A stretch of 63,221 nt of DNA, the filler included, from Cercozoa sp. M6MM (lineage: Eukaryota; Protista; Endomyxa: Ascetosporea), in the NCBI GenBank assembly GCA_040357565.1. It is 8 parts of 8 records of this genome, joined end to end, with 100 filler letters (N's around TTAATTAATTAA, not from the genome) between each part and the next. Parts side by side here need not be neighbours in the genome. Positions count along the whole stretch, not along the records: positions 35,404 to 39,173 come from JBDODJ010001319.1; positions 39,274 to 45,263 come from JBDODJ010000811.1; positions 45,364 to 60,835 come from JBDODJ010000305.1; 5 more parts are not named here. One strand, 5' to 3'. Below are positions 37,869-49,973 of the stretch, piece after piece. The notes beneath the pieces were generated by a model. That model ran no database searches. It was not told the origin of the DNA and was given only the letters and a program-made list of their open reading frames with translations. Numbering within the stretch: the first letter of the stretch is position 1; each line of letters starts with the position of its first letter. A program made the translations under genes and the position numbers.

Positions 37869-39110
37869 CTAGAAGTCTTTCTTGTCAATATCGGTGCGCA
37901 GGCGCAGGAAAATCGGGAAGCGCGGAATGCCGGCGTTGGTGAGGCCCTGATACTTGAAGCTCTGCGACACACGACGGTAGGATAAAGGCAAAGCAGTCAG
38001 GGCAGCAGTACCACGATGGAGCCGATGGCAGGCGGTGCCGCACGCTGCGAGTCGCTGAAACCGCTGCCAACCTTGAACTGCTTGCCGTTGCGCAGACGGC
38101 AGCGGAGTGCACCCATCACGCCCGTATGACGACCCTTGCTACATGGAGGGTAAGCACAAGGCATACCTAACGGTGATGATGATGGTGCGTGTACCCAGCA
38201 ACATGTTCGATAACGATGGCATCATCATCGTCGAACTTCTTCACTTTGAGCAGGTCGTTGGTGCGTCCACCGCGGTACGCACTGCCGGCTTTGCGCAGCA
38301 TCAGTCCTGCAAGCAGGTCGTGTTACACAGTCGCAAGTGTCAATTTCCCAGAATAGGCGAGGTACCTTCGCCGCCTAAATCGAGAATGCGCGTGAGTTCC
38401 TCTTGCAGATGATCGTGCCCGCGGCAGACCTACATGATGTAATGTACTGAGACAGACAGACATCGACGTCTCTCAAGGGAGGAAGTACCACATGCTCCAC
38501 CACATTGGCCACCTCGCATTGTGCCACCAGTTTCTTGGCCTTGCCCAGTCTGACCAAAAAGGCAGCATTTGTCTTCTGTGCATACGCAGAGGTGACTCGA
38601 CAAGGTACCTCTCCTCGAAGCCTCCGGAAACTTGCGGCGCATCGAACACGCGGTAGGTAACCTTCTTCCAGCTGTCGGACTTGTCTGTATATTATGCATA
38701 TATATATCTATATATATATATATATGTAGACATACATGTATATGTGCTGAGGTGGTATACCATGCGAGCGCACGATAGAGACGCACTGCTGGAACTCACT
38801 GCGGCCGGTCCACAGCTCGCCATCCAGGTGTTCGGACGGCAGCTTCTGCACGAACCACGCTGGCGCGTAGAACACGTTGCCTGTAAATGCACATATACAC
38901 ACATGTACACACACACATAGACGCGCACATGTGCACACATGTACACACACAGGACTACCCTGGCGCGAGACGAACTGCGTGCCGTTCCAGTAGGCGCGCA
39001 CGCCGTCGAGTTTCTCGGAAAGAAGCCAGCCCTGCGGATCGGTCTTGTCGCTGAACTTGTGCGCCAGCATGACCTTGGGCGCGCCACCGCTTTTAATCAG
39101 TGCCGCCTGG
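37869..39110 (-). CDS. Minimal ATP-dependent DNA ligase (Lig E / viral / kinetoplast-type), multi-exon, 5' truncated
   Basis: SEKLDGVRAYW, LDGELW, YRVFDAP, GGEGLMLR, DLLKVKKF, FKVGSGFSD, FKYQGLTNAGIPRFPIFLRLR. Confidence 0.93.
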
Positions 39111-39273
39111 ATAGACACACATACGCATTTACACACACACACACACACACATACACACACACACACACACACANNNNNNNNNNNNNNNNNNNNNNNNNNN
39201 NNNNNNNNNNNNNNNNNTTAATTAATTAANNNNNNNNNNNNNNNNNNNNNNNNNNNNNNNNNNNNNNNNNNNN

Positions 39274-42200
39274 CGCCTTCTGTCGGCGTGTCCACTCTCT
39301 GGAGAAGGAGGGGTAAGGGGTCAAAGAGGTAAATGGGTGGGGGTAGGAAGGTAAGGGGGGACAACTACCCCTGCAGACACACGTGACGCCATCGCGGCTT
39401 CTGTTCCTCGAGCTCGCCGGCATCGACGTCGTCGACATCATCAGCGACTGCACCGTCGGTATCATCAGTGGTATCATCAGTGGTATCATCAGCGATCGCA
39501 CCGTCGGTATCACCAGTGGCATCACCAGTGGTATCATCAGTGGTATCATCGGCACTGTCATTCGAGTCGGCATAGGCAGGCAATGCGCGCAAATAGCCGG
39601 CCTCTGTGTCCAGTTTGTCTGCCTGGGGGGGGGGGGGGTAAAGAGAACGAAAGAAGAAAGGTAAAGGGCTNNNNNNNNNNNNNNNNNNNNNNNNNNNNNN
39701 NNNNNNNNNNNNNNNNNNNNNNNNNNNNNNNNNNNNNNNNNNNNNNNNNNNNNNNNNNNNNNNNNNNNNNAAGGGGGGGCTAAAGACAGTCACAAGCAAA
39801 GAACGCACCAGTGCGAATGTACGCCTTGACTGCGTCGTGCCACATCTCCCTGGAGGTAGGGGAGTAACAGAGGGAAGGTGGGGGAAGGAAGGCTGAGCTG
39901 AGAAAAGGTAGTCCTACATGGTCAAGAACGTGTCGATTGCCGACTTTGCCATGCCTACATGGAAAGTAAATCGGCGGGGGGGGGGTAGGGGTCACGGAGG
40001 ATAGCAACAAAAGAAGCACCAGCACTCAGCAGAATATCGGCCAGTTTCGTGCGAAGTTGCCACTGCGATCAAAAGGTTCAAGAGTCGGGGATGAACAAGG
40101 GGAGGGGATAAAGTACGTGCGTCATAAGCGGCACAACGAACAGCCACTGCAAGCGTCGCACGCCTCCCTCCCTGCGTAGCCACATCATACATCCTCTTTT
40201 ATCAAACTACAGACCCCTTTAATCAAACTACACACCCCTTTAATCAAACTACACACCCCTTCAATCAAACTACACACCCCTTCAATCAAACTACACACCC
40301 CTGTAATCAAATACAGCACCCTTTTATCAACAAAGCACCATTCCCCTTCAAAAAAAAAAACAGAAGGTACGCAACATCACGCGCCACGGCGCGTCCGTGA
40401 ACGTCGATCGCGTCGCCTTCGTAGTCTAGCACCAGGCTCTGTCGGGAAAAGGAGAGGTGAAGGGGACAGGAGGGTAAAAGGAGGCAAAAGAGGCAAGAAG
40501 GGAAACGTGTGAAGAACGAAGCAACCTCAAACTGCGTGACGGCACGAATGGCACAACCACTGCAAAAAACCAAAAAAACACACACACATAATTTCGAACA
40601 TAAAAGCAAAGAGGACGGTTTCAACGCACCGATCGTCGGACTCCACGACACTACGTTCGGTCAGTGCAGCACGTGCCAGCGCCCAGTGCTGTTGTGGAAC
40701 ATTTAAGAAAACCAAAATCTCAAAATAAGCGAAAAACCGTCGGGTGAAGACAGACGCGTTCGGTGATAGCGCGGCGCTCTTCGCGCGTCATGTCGCCCGC
40801 CGTGTGTTTCTGTAGCAGCACGGCACGCTGCGCCAGCAGCACTAAAGGCACACAAAATAGAAAAACACAAAGTTTTAGAAAAGATTACATCAACAAATGG
40901 ATTATATCAACAAATGCTGTTATCTCAGCTCAGGCAGATTTATCGGAAAAGAAATGAAAGCTCGAAGCTTGAGATACCAGCTTGCTCAAGTGGACTCAAC
41001 GGAACCGCTTCGTTCAGCACGTCTCGGTTCGTGTAGAACTTCACAAAAGAACAAAAACAATGCTTCTTGTGCTGAGATTGCTTAGTTGAGCCATACCGGA
41101 CGACGACGCAGCACTTCATCTTCGAGCGGCACATGACGAGGCAACGCATTTGACACTTCCTGTGTGAACCTTGCTTTCTCAGACAAAAACATCAATGAAA
41201 AGGAATCGCACTTGCAAACGATCGCCAGTGTCACGATCGAACTTGAAGTGCATCGGTTTCTCCTCAACCTGCCAAACGACTCGTTTATTGCTTTAATTCA
41301 GCAAACCAGTTTGTTTGTACCGAATGAGCAGGCGTTGCATCGCAAACTAACTGCGTCGTGTCGAATTTCTGAAAACGCACCGTACACAACAGAAAGCATA
41401 AGAAGCTGGAAAAAACCGAACCTGGAAACGTGTGCGCCGACCAGATTCGCCATTAAAAGCGACCTGCAGCTGCAACAGCTCCTTTACATCTTGTGCGTTC
41501 TTTTCAATTTCTTCCGCGCGGAAGTAGGTCTCGTCAGACAAAGTGCACTCAATCAGCAGCATCGCACGTAGTTCAGCACTCATTTCGGACTCTTTCTGGC
41601 GCAGCTGGGCGACGCACTTGTCCTGTGCATCGGATCCGAACAGGACTTTTTAAACTGTGGAACAGCGAAAGAAGCTGACTACCATTTCATCCCGAAGTTC
41701 GAGTTGCGGGTGACGCAGAAGAGACTGGTGAAGCCGAAGTGCACGCATACGGTACCACCTGTGTGGTGTTGTTTGCAAGTAAACTCGCACGTCTCGCAGC
41801 TCGGAAGGTAGCGAGGAAGGTGTACCAGACAAGAACAAATGAATCGGACGGAGTCTCAGCAGACACAAAGTGATCTGCAGCCACTCGAAGAAGCTTCACT
41901 GCAAACGACAGGGCAGAACACACTCGTGCCTGCGTAGCAAGCAACAAAAGGATTACAGGAGGGAGCAACTGTGGGTGTGATAGCGAGAGTACTCGGTGGT
42001 AGACCGTGGACGCTCCCACAGACAGCGAATCACGGCCGAACGAAGAGTCATTAACACAGAAAAGCGCATGAGGCGACAACGAACGCTCCAGCGCCTCTTC
42101 TTTTTCATCCACTGAGCACGTGAGTATTGTGCACACTGTTATCAGTCTCCATTATCAGTCTCCATGTTTAAACCGAAGTACACTCAGTTTTCGCGGTGAT

Positions 42201-42860
42201 GTCGACACTGACGCTGCTTTGCGCGAACGACGTGTCGGCACGGAAGCCGCCTTTAAGACAAATAAAAATGCACTTCACGAAGAGGAAAATCAAGGAAGGC
42301 TACAAGGCGACGGTCCAAGCGCGTTGACCTGTTCGAACAGGCACAGCAGACGCTTCGCCAGCGAGGCAGAGAAACGACAGGCCTGCGGGTTTTTGCAAAA
42401 CACACTTTCCGATCACAGTGGACACGATGGATAGGACGCTGCTACATCATCTAGGCAAGCGAGAGCACTGCGAATCGCGGCTGCTGGCGTTGCTCCTTCC
42501 TGTGAGTTTTAACACATATCAGTCATCGATGAGAAGAAACGCTTGCGGAAAATCCAGGCTTTGTTGGTTTCGTGCGTACCTCTAGTCTAACTGACACTGA
42601 ATCAAAGAACGCCGTGTCAGTCTCGTTGAAAGCCGTCAGCTCTGCCAAGGTCGAGAATATTCGATTCAACACAAAAAAAAAAAAACATTGGCTTTGACTG
42701 TCAACCTGTGTCTGGCGCATCGAGCGCCAGGTTCGCTAAAACAGCAACGCAATCCATTTTGGAACAGCCGCGCACAACAGAAAGCGCGAGCAGTGTTCGT
42801 CTGAGCCCAGATTTCCACAAAAATGATCAAGACGCCAAAACCTGAAACGGCAACTATCAC
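39274..42860 (-). CDS. Large multi-exon hypothetical protein; both limits approximate
   Basis: Series of minus-strand exons with GT-AG introns; ordinary introns 5', repeat-filled introns 3'. Confidence 0.45.
40200..40312 (+). repeat. Intronic 21-bp tandem repeat ATCAAACTACACACCCCTTYA, about 5 copies
   Basis: Directly visible. Confidence 0.9.
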
Positions 42861-42959
42861 TACAATTGTAGCGCAACGCTTGCGCTTTTCTGGACTAGAT
42901 TTACACTGAATTATTGTTTAGTGTCGCCTTGGCCTTAGTGCATTCGGCGAGAAATCAGA

Positions 42960-43671
42960 ATGGCGCGAAAAAGGATCGGTTTTGTGTGCACCGCCAACAC
43001 GTGTCGCAGTGCGATGGCCGAGCTGGTGGCACGCGAACTCTCCGAAGAGACGGCGGAGGACAGGTTCGAGTTCGTGTCGGGCGGGGTGTGGGCCGAAGCT
43101 GGCTCGCGGGCCTCAGAGAACGCACGAGAAGCTCTGACTTTGGTATTATAAATTTAGTATTGACAGGCCTTGTACACTGCTGTAGTTAGCATGTGTGCAT
43201 TGCACAGATCGGTTTGGACCTATCCGAGCACCGAAGTTCAGTGTGCGACGTAGCTTTCTTGAAGGCATGCGATGTCGTGTTTGTGGTAAATTTAGTTTAA
43301 TCTAACCCGATGCCCTATTGAGTGGTGCTGCAGATGTGCGAATGGCACCTCAACGAAGTGGCCCAACTGATGTCCGCCTTGTCGGAGCAAGACACTCCTG
43401 GCACTGTGTCGATGCTTGCCGAAACCGACATTCCCGACCCCATTGGACGAGATGTATTCCTCCCATACCATTTGTACCACGGGACTGCATTCTGACTTAT
43501 CGTACGGCTGATCAGCTTTCGACCTACCAGCGGACGCTCGATGTGCTGCGACTTTGGATCAAGCGTCGCCTGCGGCAACTGACCGTGACACGTGCCAACT
43601 CTACTGACGACCGAGTCTCCGCTCACTTAACTGTGCGCTCGAAAATCCAGCAAGAACTAACTGAATTTTAG
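42960..43671 (+). CDS. Low-molecular-weight phosphatase (LMW-PTP fold), YwlE-like, 3 introns
   Basis: P-loop FVCTANTCRSAMAE, LDLSEHRS, DVVFVM..WH, DIPDPIGRD-LSTYQRT. Confidence 0.9.
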
Positions 43672-43868
43672 TTTTAAATGCGGCTGAGTTTCTTAAAAGG
43701 TGCTGCGCAGCGTTTCTCGCGGCAATCTGTTTGACCTGTAAAATTGCTTGCAGGCTTTGACGTGTGTCACTCTCTAACTTGGCTCTGCGTGTGTCTTTGA
43801 ATCCATATTATTTCACAAAGCGAAGGAACCGGAAGAAAGCGACGACTGAAAAAGCAAAGCAAAGAAGC

Positions 43869-44853
43869 ATGGCTGACTCTGTTCTCGCGAGTCTGGAGGA
43901 GCGCTTCCGACTGCACCTGCAGCACAAACCGGTCCCACTCGAGAGCACTCCCGCACCGGCACCGTCGCCGGTACTGCCGGACCCTTCGAGTGCCGAAACA
44001 ACGATGCGTAAGATCGTGCGACACAATCAGCGGGTCAGTTTTTTTCGTTCCAGGAGTGTTCCCACTGTTAGCGGGCTGAATTCACATTCAGGTGGCACGT
44101 GCTCGCTCCGTGGGCGAGCAGGCAGCATCGCACGCGAGTCATGACAGTAAACTGAACTGAAGAAGAAAAATACTGGCTACAATTTTTGGAGTTCAACTGG
44201 AGTGTACTCAGGTCGCATCATTCGCCGGACCCACGAAGCATTAGAACGCAAGCGTGTAAGTATTTTGTTGTTTTCCGTTTTCCGGTTTTGCAAGTTCCAA
44301 TCGTTGTTTAAGTGTGCGTTTTATTGTATTTTGATTTTTGCTTTTGCAGGCACGCCAGTTGGAAGCTCGGCAGCGCAGCGAAACTCTGCGCAAACGCGAG
44401 TTAGGTGCTTTCACTCTTTTGGCCTGTTATACACCTTTCGCCCCCCTTTCCTGCCCCCCCCCCCCCCCCCCCCTGAAAACAGAGTACCTGGCGAGTCGCA
44501 AGCCGACAGATGCGCACTCTGAAATCGATCGTGCAGTACTTACCCCCTTTTTTAACCCTCCCTTTAACCCCCTCTTTTAACTCTTCTAGGCGGCATTTAC
44601 CCTACTTAACCCCTACCATTTACCCCTATTTACCCCCTACCATTTACTCCTACCATACCCCCTGTGTACAGTTGCGCGAGCGAGTGGCAGCTCAGCGCGG
44701 AAGCACGCGAATGGAACGGCAGCGGCACCTGGACAGACGTGCGCGACGGAAGCGGCGGCGACTGCGGCGGAGTCTGCGGCATCGCGAGCAGCACGAGTGC
44801 ACGTTCCGACCGGCGCTCAACCGACGCAGTGTGCGACTCGTGAGTGGACTCAA
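43869..44853 (+). CDS. Hypothetical coiled-coil protein with ECTFRPALN motif; truncated
   Basis: MADSVLASLEERF... exons; TFxPxxN motif; ends in a long C-rich intron. Confidence 0.55.
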
Positions 44854-45539
44854 GTGAGTTTACCCCCCTGTTTACCCCCCAGTTTACCCCCCCTGTTTAC
44901 CCCCCTGTTTACTCCCTGCTTACCCCCCTGTTTACCCCCCTGTTTACCCCCCTGTTTACCCCCCTGTTTACCCCCTATTTACCCCTGTTTACCCCCCCCC
45001 CTGTCCTATTTATCTCCCTATTTACACTCCTATTTACACCCCTATTTACTCCCCTGTTTACACCCTGTTTACTCCGTATTTACATCCCTATTTACTCTCC
45101 TATATACCCCTATATACTTCCTATTTACCTCCCTATTTACCCCTCTGTTTATCGTGCTTACTCGCCTCCTACCCCCGTGTTTACCTTTATTTTATCGCCT
45201 ATTACACCCTATTTATACCCCTTATTTTACACCCCAATTTACCCACCTATTTACCCCCCCCCCNNNNNNNNNNNNNNNNNNNNNNNNNNNNNNNNNNNNN
45301 NNNNNNNTTAATTAATTAANNNNNNNNNNNNNNNNNNNNNNNNNNNNNNNNNNNNNNNNNNNNCCGCTTTTGCCCGAGAACTGAAGCAGTGTGCGAGTCA
45401 TGTAAAATGATCCTGACTCTTGTTTTGAGAATTGTTGTCTTGAACGTCGGGTATCATGACAGCTCGCAAGCGTTGTGAACGTAAAAACACGAGTGCAAGT
45501 TGCACGATATTCGTGGTATTTATCAAGTCTGTTGCTTGA

Positions 45540-46076
45540 TGAAGCATCGAGAAATACTGTACACTGGGCAGCCAGCGACAAGGATCTCCAGGGATCGTTG
45601 CCGCTGTGGCAGGCGTCGACAGAATCGACAAACTGCAATGGAACGAACTCGAGGTCCGTGATCATGGAGGTCTTGCGGGGATACTTGAGAGACACCATGG
45701 AGGGTGCCATGCTCCTCCTCCAGTTTATTATTACCCCAGTCTTTACTGCATTTCCTCTCCAATCATCCGTCACTTCCAAGGTTGATGCAGCAGTTCTTTG
45801 TGCTTTTAATCTAGAAGCGAGAAACAGGAAGAGGAGGAAAAAGCACACGAAGCACACGAAGAACACCAAGCACACGAAGGGGAAGAACACAAAGAATACC
45901 AAGTCCATGGCGGAGAACATGTGGAACGCGAACACAAAGAACACGAACGTGATCATGGACAGCACCAGCCTGAAGAACACGAAAAGAAAGAAGCAACCCG
46001 TGCTAACTCGCCTGCCAAGGGGCGCCACCATCATGCTTTTAAAGTACATCGTGCTTTTAGACGCCGCGGACGTTGA
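45540..46076 (+). CDS. 3' end of a protein with a His/Glu-rich tail
   Basis: Spliced ...DHGGLAGILERHHGG-SEKQEEEEKAHEAHEEHQAHEGEEH...RRRGR*; this frame is not in the ORF track. Confidence 0.55.
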
Positions 46077-46493
46077 CGGAAACGAAAGAAAACCTGTGTG
46101 GTGTCTTTCTGCTTCCGTCAGCCATCAATGGTCACCCTGAGTCAATCAACGTGACTGAAACGCTTTGGGTGGTCAGCGTTTCAATATTATGTTTGTCAAA
46201 GCTAAGACAAATTCGCAGAGCAAGCACTGCAAACTAAGGGTAAAAAAGTACATTTTAGGCGCAGAAAAATCCCCAATAGTATCAACGATTGATTGGCTCA
46301 ATAAAGTGGCGTATTGGACAGACCCAAGCTGCGTCATTGTGTTTTGAGGTGCACACGCAGACTTAGGTGCCCGCACTGCTGAGAGCGTTGGCACAGCGTC
46401 ACGCGCATTGAGAGACAGCGGTGCATCACACGTGTTTTCGGCCGTTTCTCGGTTGCTCCAGAGGTACAACAACTTAATCTTTTGTTTCTCTGG

Positions 46494-49035
46494 ATGGCGC
46501 CGGCTGTCGGATGTGCAGATGCGCAAAGGTAAGAGCAAGCAAGGCACGTTGACGCCTGTGTTGCGCACGCCAAGTTCCACCCCGCGCAACAGTCTGCAAA
46601 ATGTAGCGGGTTCATGTGTCTGCACTTGCAGGGATGCCGCTTATGTTGTTTTATGTTGCCCAGACGCCGTCGCTGAAGCAGGTGCGCTTCACGCTTCCTC
46701 AGATCAAGCCACTGCCAGAAGATGAACCTCTCGGTACTCTTGCACCAGTTGTCTTGCATCAGTTGTACCAATGTCGATGATTTGTAATTTTATGTGCTTG
46801 TCAGAGCCTGATGTATTAAGCGACGAATCTGATACGGACAGTGACTCAGATTACGAGCAGGTACGCTGAATTTAGGCAGCACACATGAGCAACTGCCTCA
46901 AATCAGCTTGTTGCATGACAGGAGGAAGAACAGAAGGTGGAAGAAATCAGCGAGTCCAAGAAACGCAAAAAAGAGTTGCGTGGCAAGGCGCGTGCACGGT
47001 GACTTTAGTTTTTTTTAGAGTCAATTTATCTGTCGTCACGTTCGTTCGCTGTACAGGGCGAACCTCGTGTTCACGGACCGAATTGCCGAAACGGAGCAGC
47101 AGCGATTTGCAGAGCTTCTCGATATTAGTACTTTTGACCACCATGTGAGACCATCCGCCCCAGTCAGAAAAAAATGATGTGTTGCAGTTTCGCACGGCGA
47201 GGTGGACACCGTGCGCCAACGGATACAGCAACTCTGTGCGCAGATCGAGAATGCCAAGAAGAAGGTACAGCACCTGTTTTATTTACTGATTGTTTAAGTT
47301 GACTGACTGATTTTTTGCATTTGTGCAAACAGAGAAATTCCACCAAGGGCGACAACGCGATCGAAGAGGTGAAACTCGAGAACGAAGAGACCTCAGCTGT
47401 CGCCGATAAGGCCGGTGTCGCTACCGCCGACACCGCTGACCGGAACAGTGCCAAGGAGGAGGACGACACCGTTGAAGCTGGCGAGACAGCTCCCGAAACC
47501 ACAACTGGTGAAAGCGATAGCAGCATCGGTTTGGAAAGTGCCGAAACTGGCGATGCCAGCAGTGATGCCAAGGTACACAGACAGCTTTAACAAGACGTAT
47601 CGTTTAAGTTCTCCTGTTGTTTTGTTTCTTTAGGAACAGACAGACACGCTACAGCTGCGAGGCCCAAAAAAGAAGGTACTGGTAGTCATAGTTGTAAAAA
47701 TAAAAGAGAGAGAGACCTATCATTGATCACCGCAGCGGCGGAGGAGCAACAATCCCGGAGTGTTCAATCCATTACGTGCTGAGTATGGCGAGGGTACATT
47801 GTTTCGGTTGCAAAAACTGTGAAAGTCACTGCTTGACTCTTACTCGTTGCAGCATTCCACTGTGCCGTGCGACGATTAACCGCGACTGATCCGTACAGCT
47901 TTTTGTTTTTGCCGTTCTGCCTGTTGTCTTGCTGTGTGCATGTTCCGCAACTTGAGAGTGCAGGTCGGACACGAGGGAGCTGGCCAACTGCCGCGAAATC
48001 GTGCAGATTCTGCTTGAAACAGGGCATGTACGCATCAATGAGTTCGATGGACTGGCTGCCGAAATAGCCGCCATCTCGCAGTGTAGCCTTTTGATTTCTA
48101 GTCCTCTTTCACCCAACCACAGTTTTATCTTGCCTTGTGCTTTTGGTGTCGTAGCAATTCCGGCAATTGCCTTTTTGTTCGACCAGGGCGCTGAATTTGA
48201 ACAGAATCGGTTACGACCATTCCAGCGCCACTGGGTGAGTCTGCACACCACTGTGGATTCGGTTAAGCTCATTAATATTGCTGTTATGCATTTTACTTGT
48301 GTACAGACGGGCCCAAAACTGCCATTTGCCGAGTGTGCCGCGTTTTTGTGCGCGCGGAATTTGCCCATCGTGATCGACGAGCCGGTATGTTTATCGCTGT
48401 GTTCGTATCACTTTGTGCATGGCTTAGATGCGCACGAGTGTAGTTCCCGGGCGATCGTCCGTACCCAGAGGACGTGGGTGATGTTGTGTCGCAGCAGATC
48501 GTCGAACTTGCCTTCGACGAGGTTGTGCGGGTAGCCTTTGGATAAGGCAGATTGCTGGGTCAGCCTGGGTTCGCCTGTGCTTAGTCTCCCATGTGTGTAG
48601 TCGCAAAGGTTGCGACGAGTGCGACAGCTGCACGACGACATGAACTTGGGTAGACTGACACTTCCTTGTACACTTAAAATAGTCATGGTATGCTCGTAAC
48701 AGGCAAACGGTTATCGCCTCACAAGCGCGTGCAACTCTGCGCGCTCGCCGATGAGGTACATTCCCGGACAGCCACAGTCAGAATTCGGATCTTGCATGCC
48801 ATGCTTGTGCTGTGTGTGTGTGTGTGTGTCTGCAGTTGCGATGTCGAGACATCTCCGAGTTCTTGCTGAGCAAGTTCTCATCGCGAAAGACGAACAAGAA
48901 GCGTGCGTTTCTTTGCCAAACTAAACACACAGTTTTGAGGGCTGCTTTTTATCGAGTGTGTTCGTTTGCCTGGCAGGACGCGGCCTGTTGGCGAGGTTGA
49001 AGTCTGTTGTTCGTCGACGCAAGTCAAAACGCTGA
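46494..49035 (+). CDS. Hypothetical multi-exon protein, possible ankyrin repeat; start uncertain
   Basis: AFHCAVRR...IVQILLETGHVRIN, FLFDQGA; acidic linker. Confidence 0.4.
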
Positions 49036-49973
49036 CGTGATCGCGTTTCGTTGCCTGCGTCGGTTGCGTTGCTGCAAAATTTAAAACTTCGCTTTCGACT
49101 AAACTCAGCTCGTCCGGTCGTGTCTGTGTGTTCGTGTGTGATGTATCGTGTGTAAAGTTCGGTCGGTTCTATTCAATGACTAGCATTGTACGCTTGCATT
49201 GTGAGGTGTTACCTACAGACTGAGTCGACTCAAATTATGTAGGTATGCAGTCTCCGCGGGACGGGATGAACCCAAGCAGACCAGTTGGTCCGTCTACAAT
49301 CATTGAAGCAAAAGAAAGATGAGTTTAAGCATAGGCTGCTGTAGAGAGAGGGGATTTTTTCATCTTCTCACGGTTTTCCCCGTGACGGAAGATCCGTCTT
49401 CGACTCCGTCTAGTTTGACGCAAGAACCCAGTGGGGTAATTCTTCACTTCGCTTCTACAAACTGAATCATTTGATTCCTTCGCTTCGTCTGATTGACGAC
49501 TTACTTCTTTTATTTAACTTAGTTCCGTCAATAACAGAGGAATTCGCGACCGGACTCAATTACTGAAACTAAAAAACTGCTGTACGTGTAGCTGAGTAAA
49601 GCATAGCATATACTTAGTATGGTGCATGTTGCAGTATTCTGTGGTACTAGCACCGAACGGAATGAACTTGAAAAGCGTGACAGAGCCATGATCCGAACGG
49701 AATGAACTTGAAAAGCGACGAGACACTCAGACATCGCGCATGATTTCACCAAGTAGAACCTAATACCGCCCCGAGCCTGCATCCTCGGTCAGTAGTATCC
49801 GCCCCTAGACAACACTCAAAAATCCAAGTCGTGTATAAATTGAAAGAACCGACCGAACTCAATCGGTGGAAGTAGATATAACCAGTTGAACCAATACAAT
49901 GCAAATGACCAAAGTAGTACAGTACTGTACTAGTACTTGTATAAAATTTACTCAGAAAACGCAGGAAAAAGAC

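Noticed and set aside
44855-45263. C-rich tracts at contig ends as telomeres
   Set aside because: They start at GT donors inside genes and the unit is TTTAC(C)n rather than CCCTAA(A); they are assembly break points.
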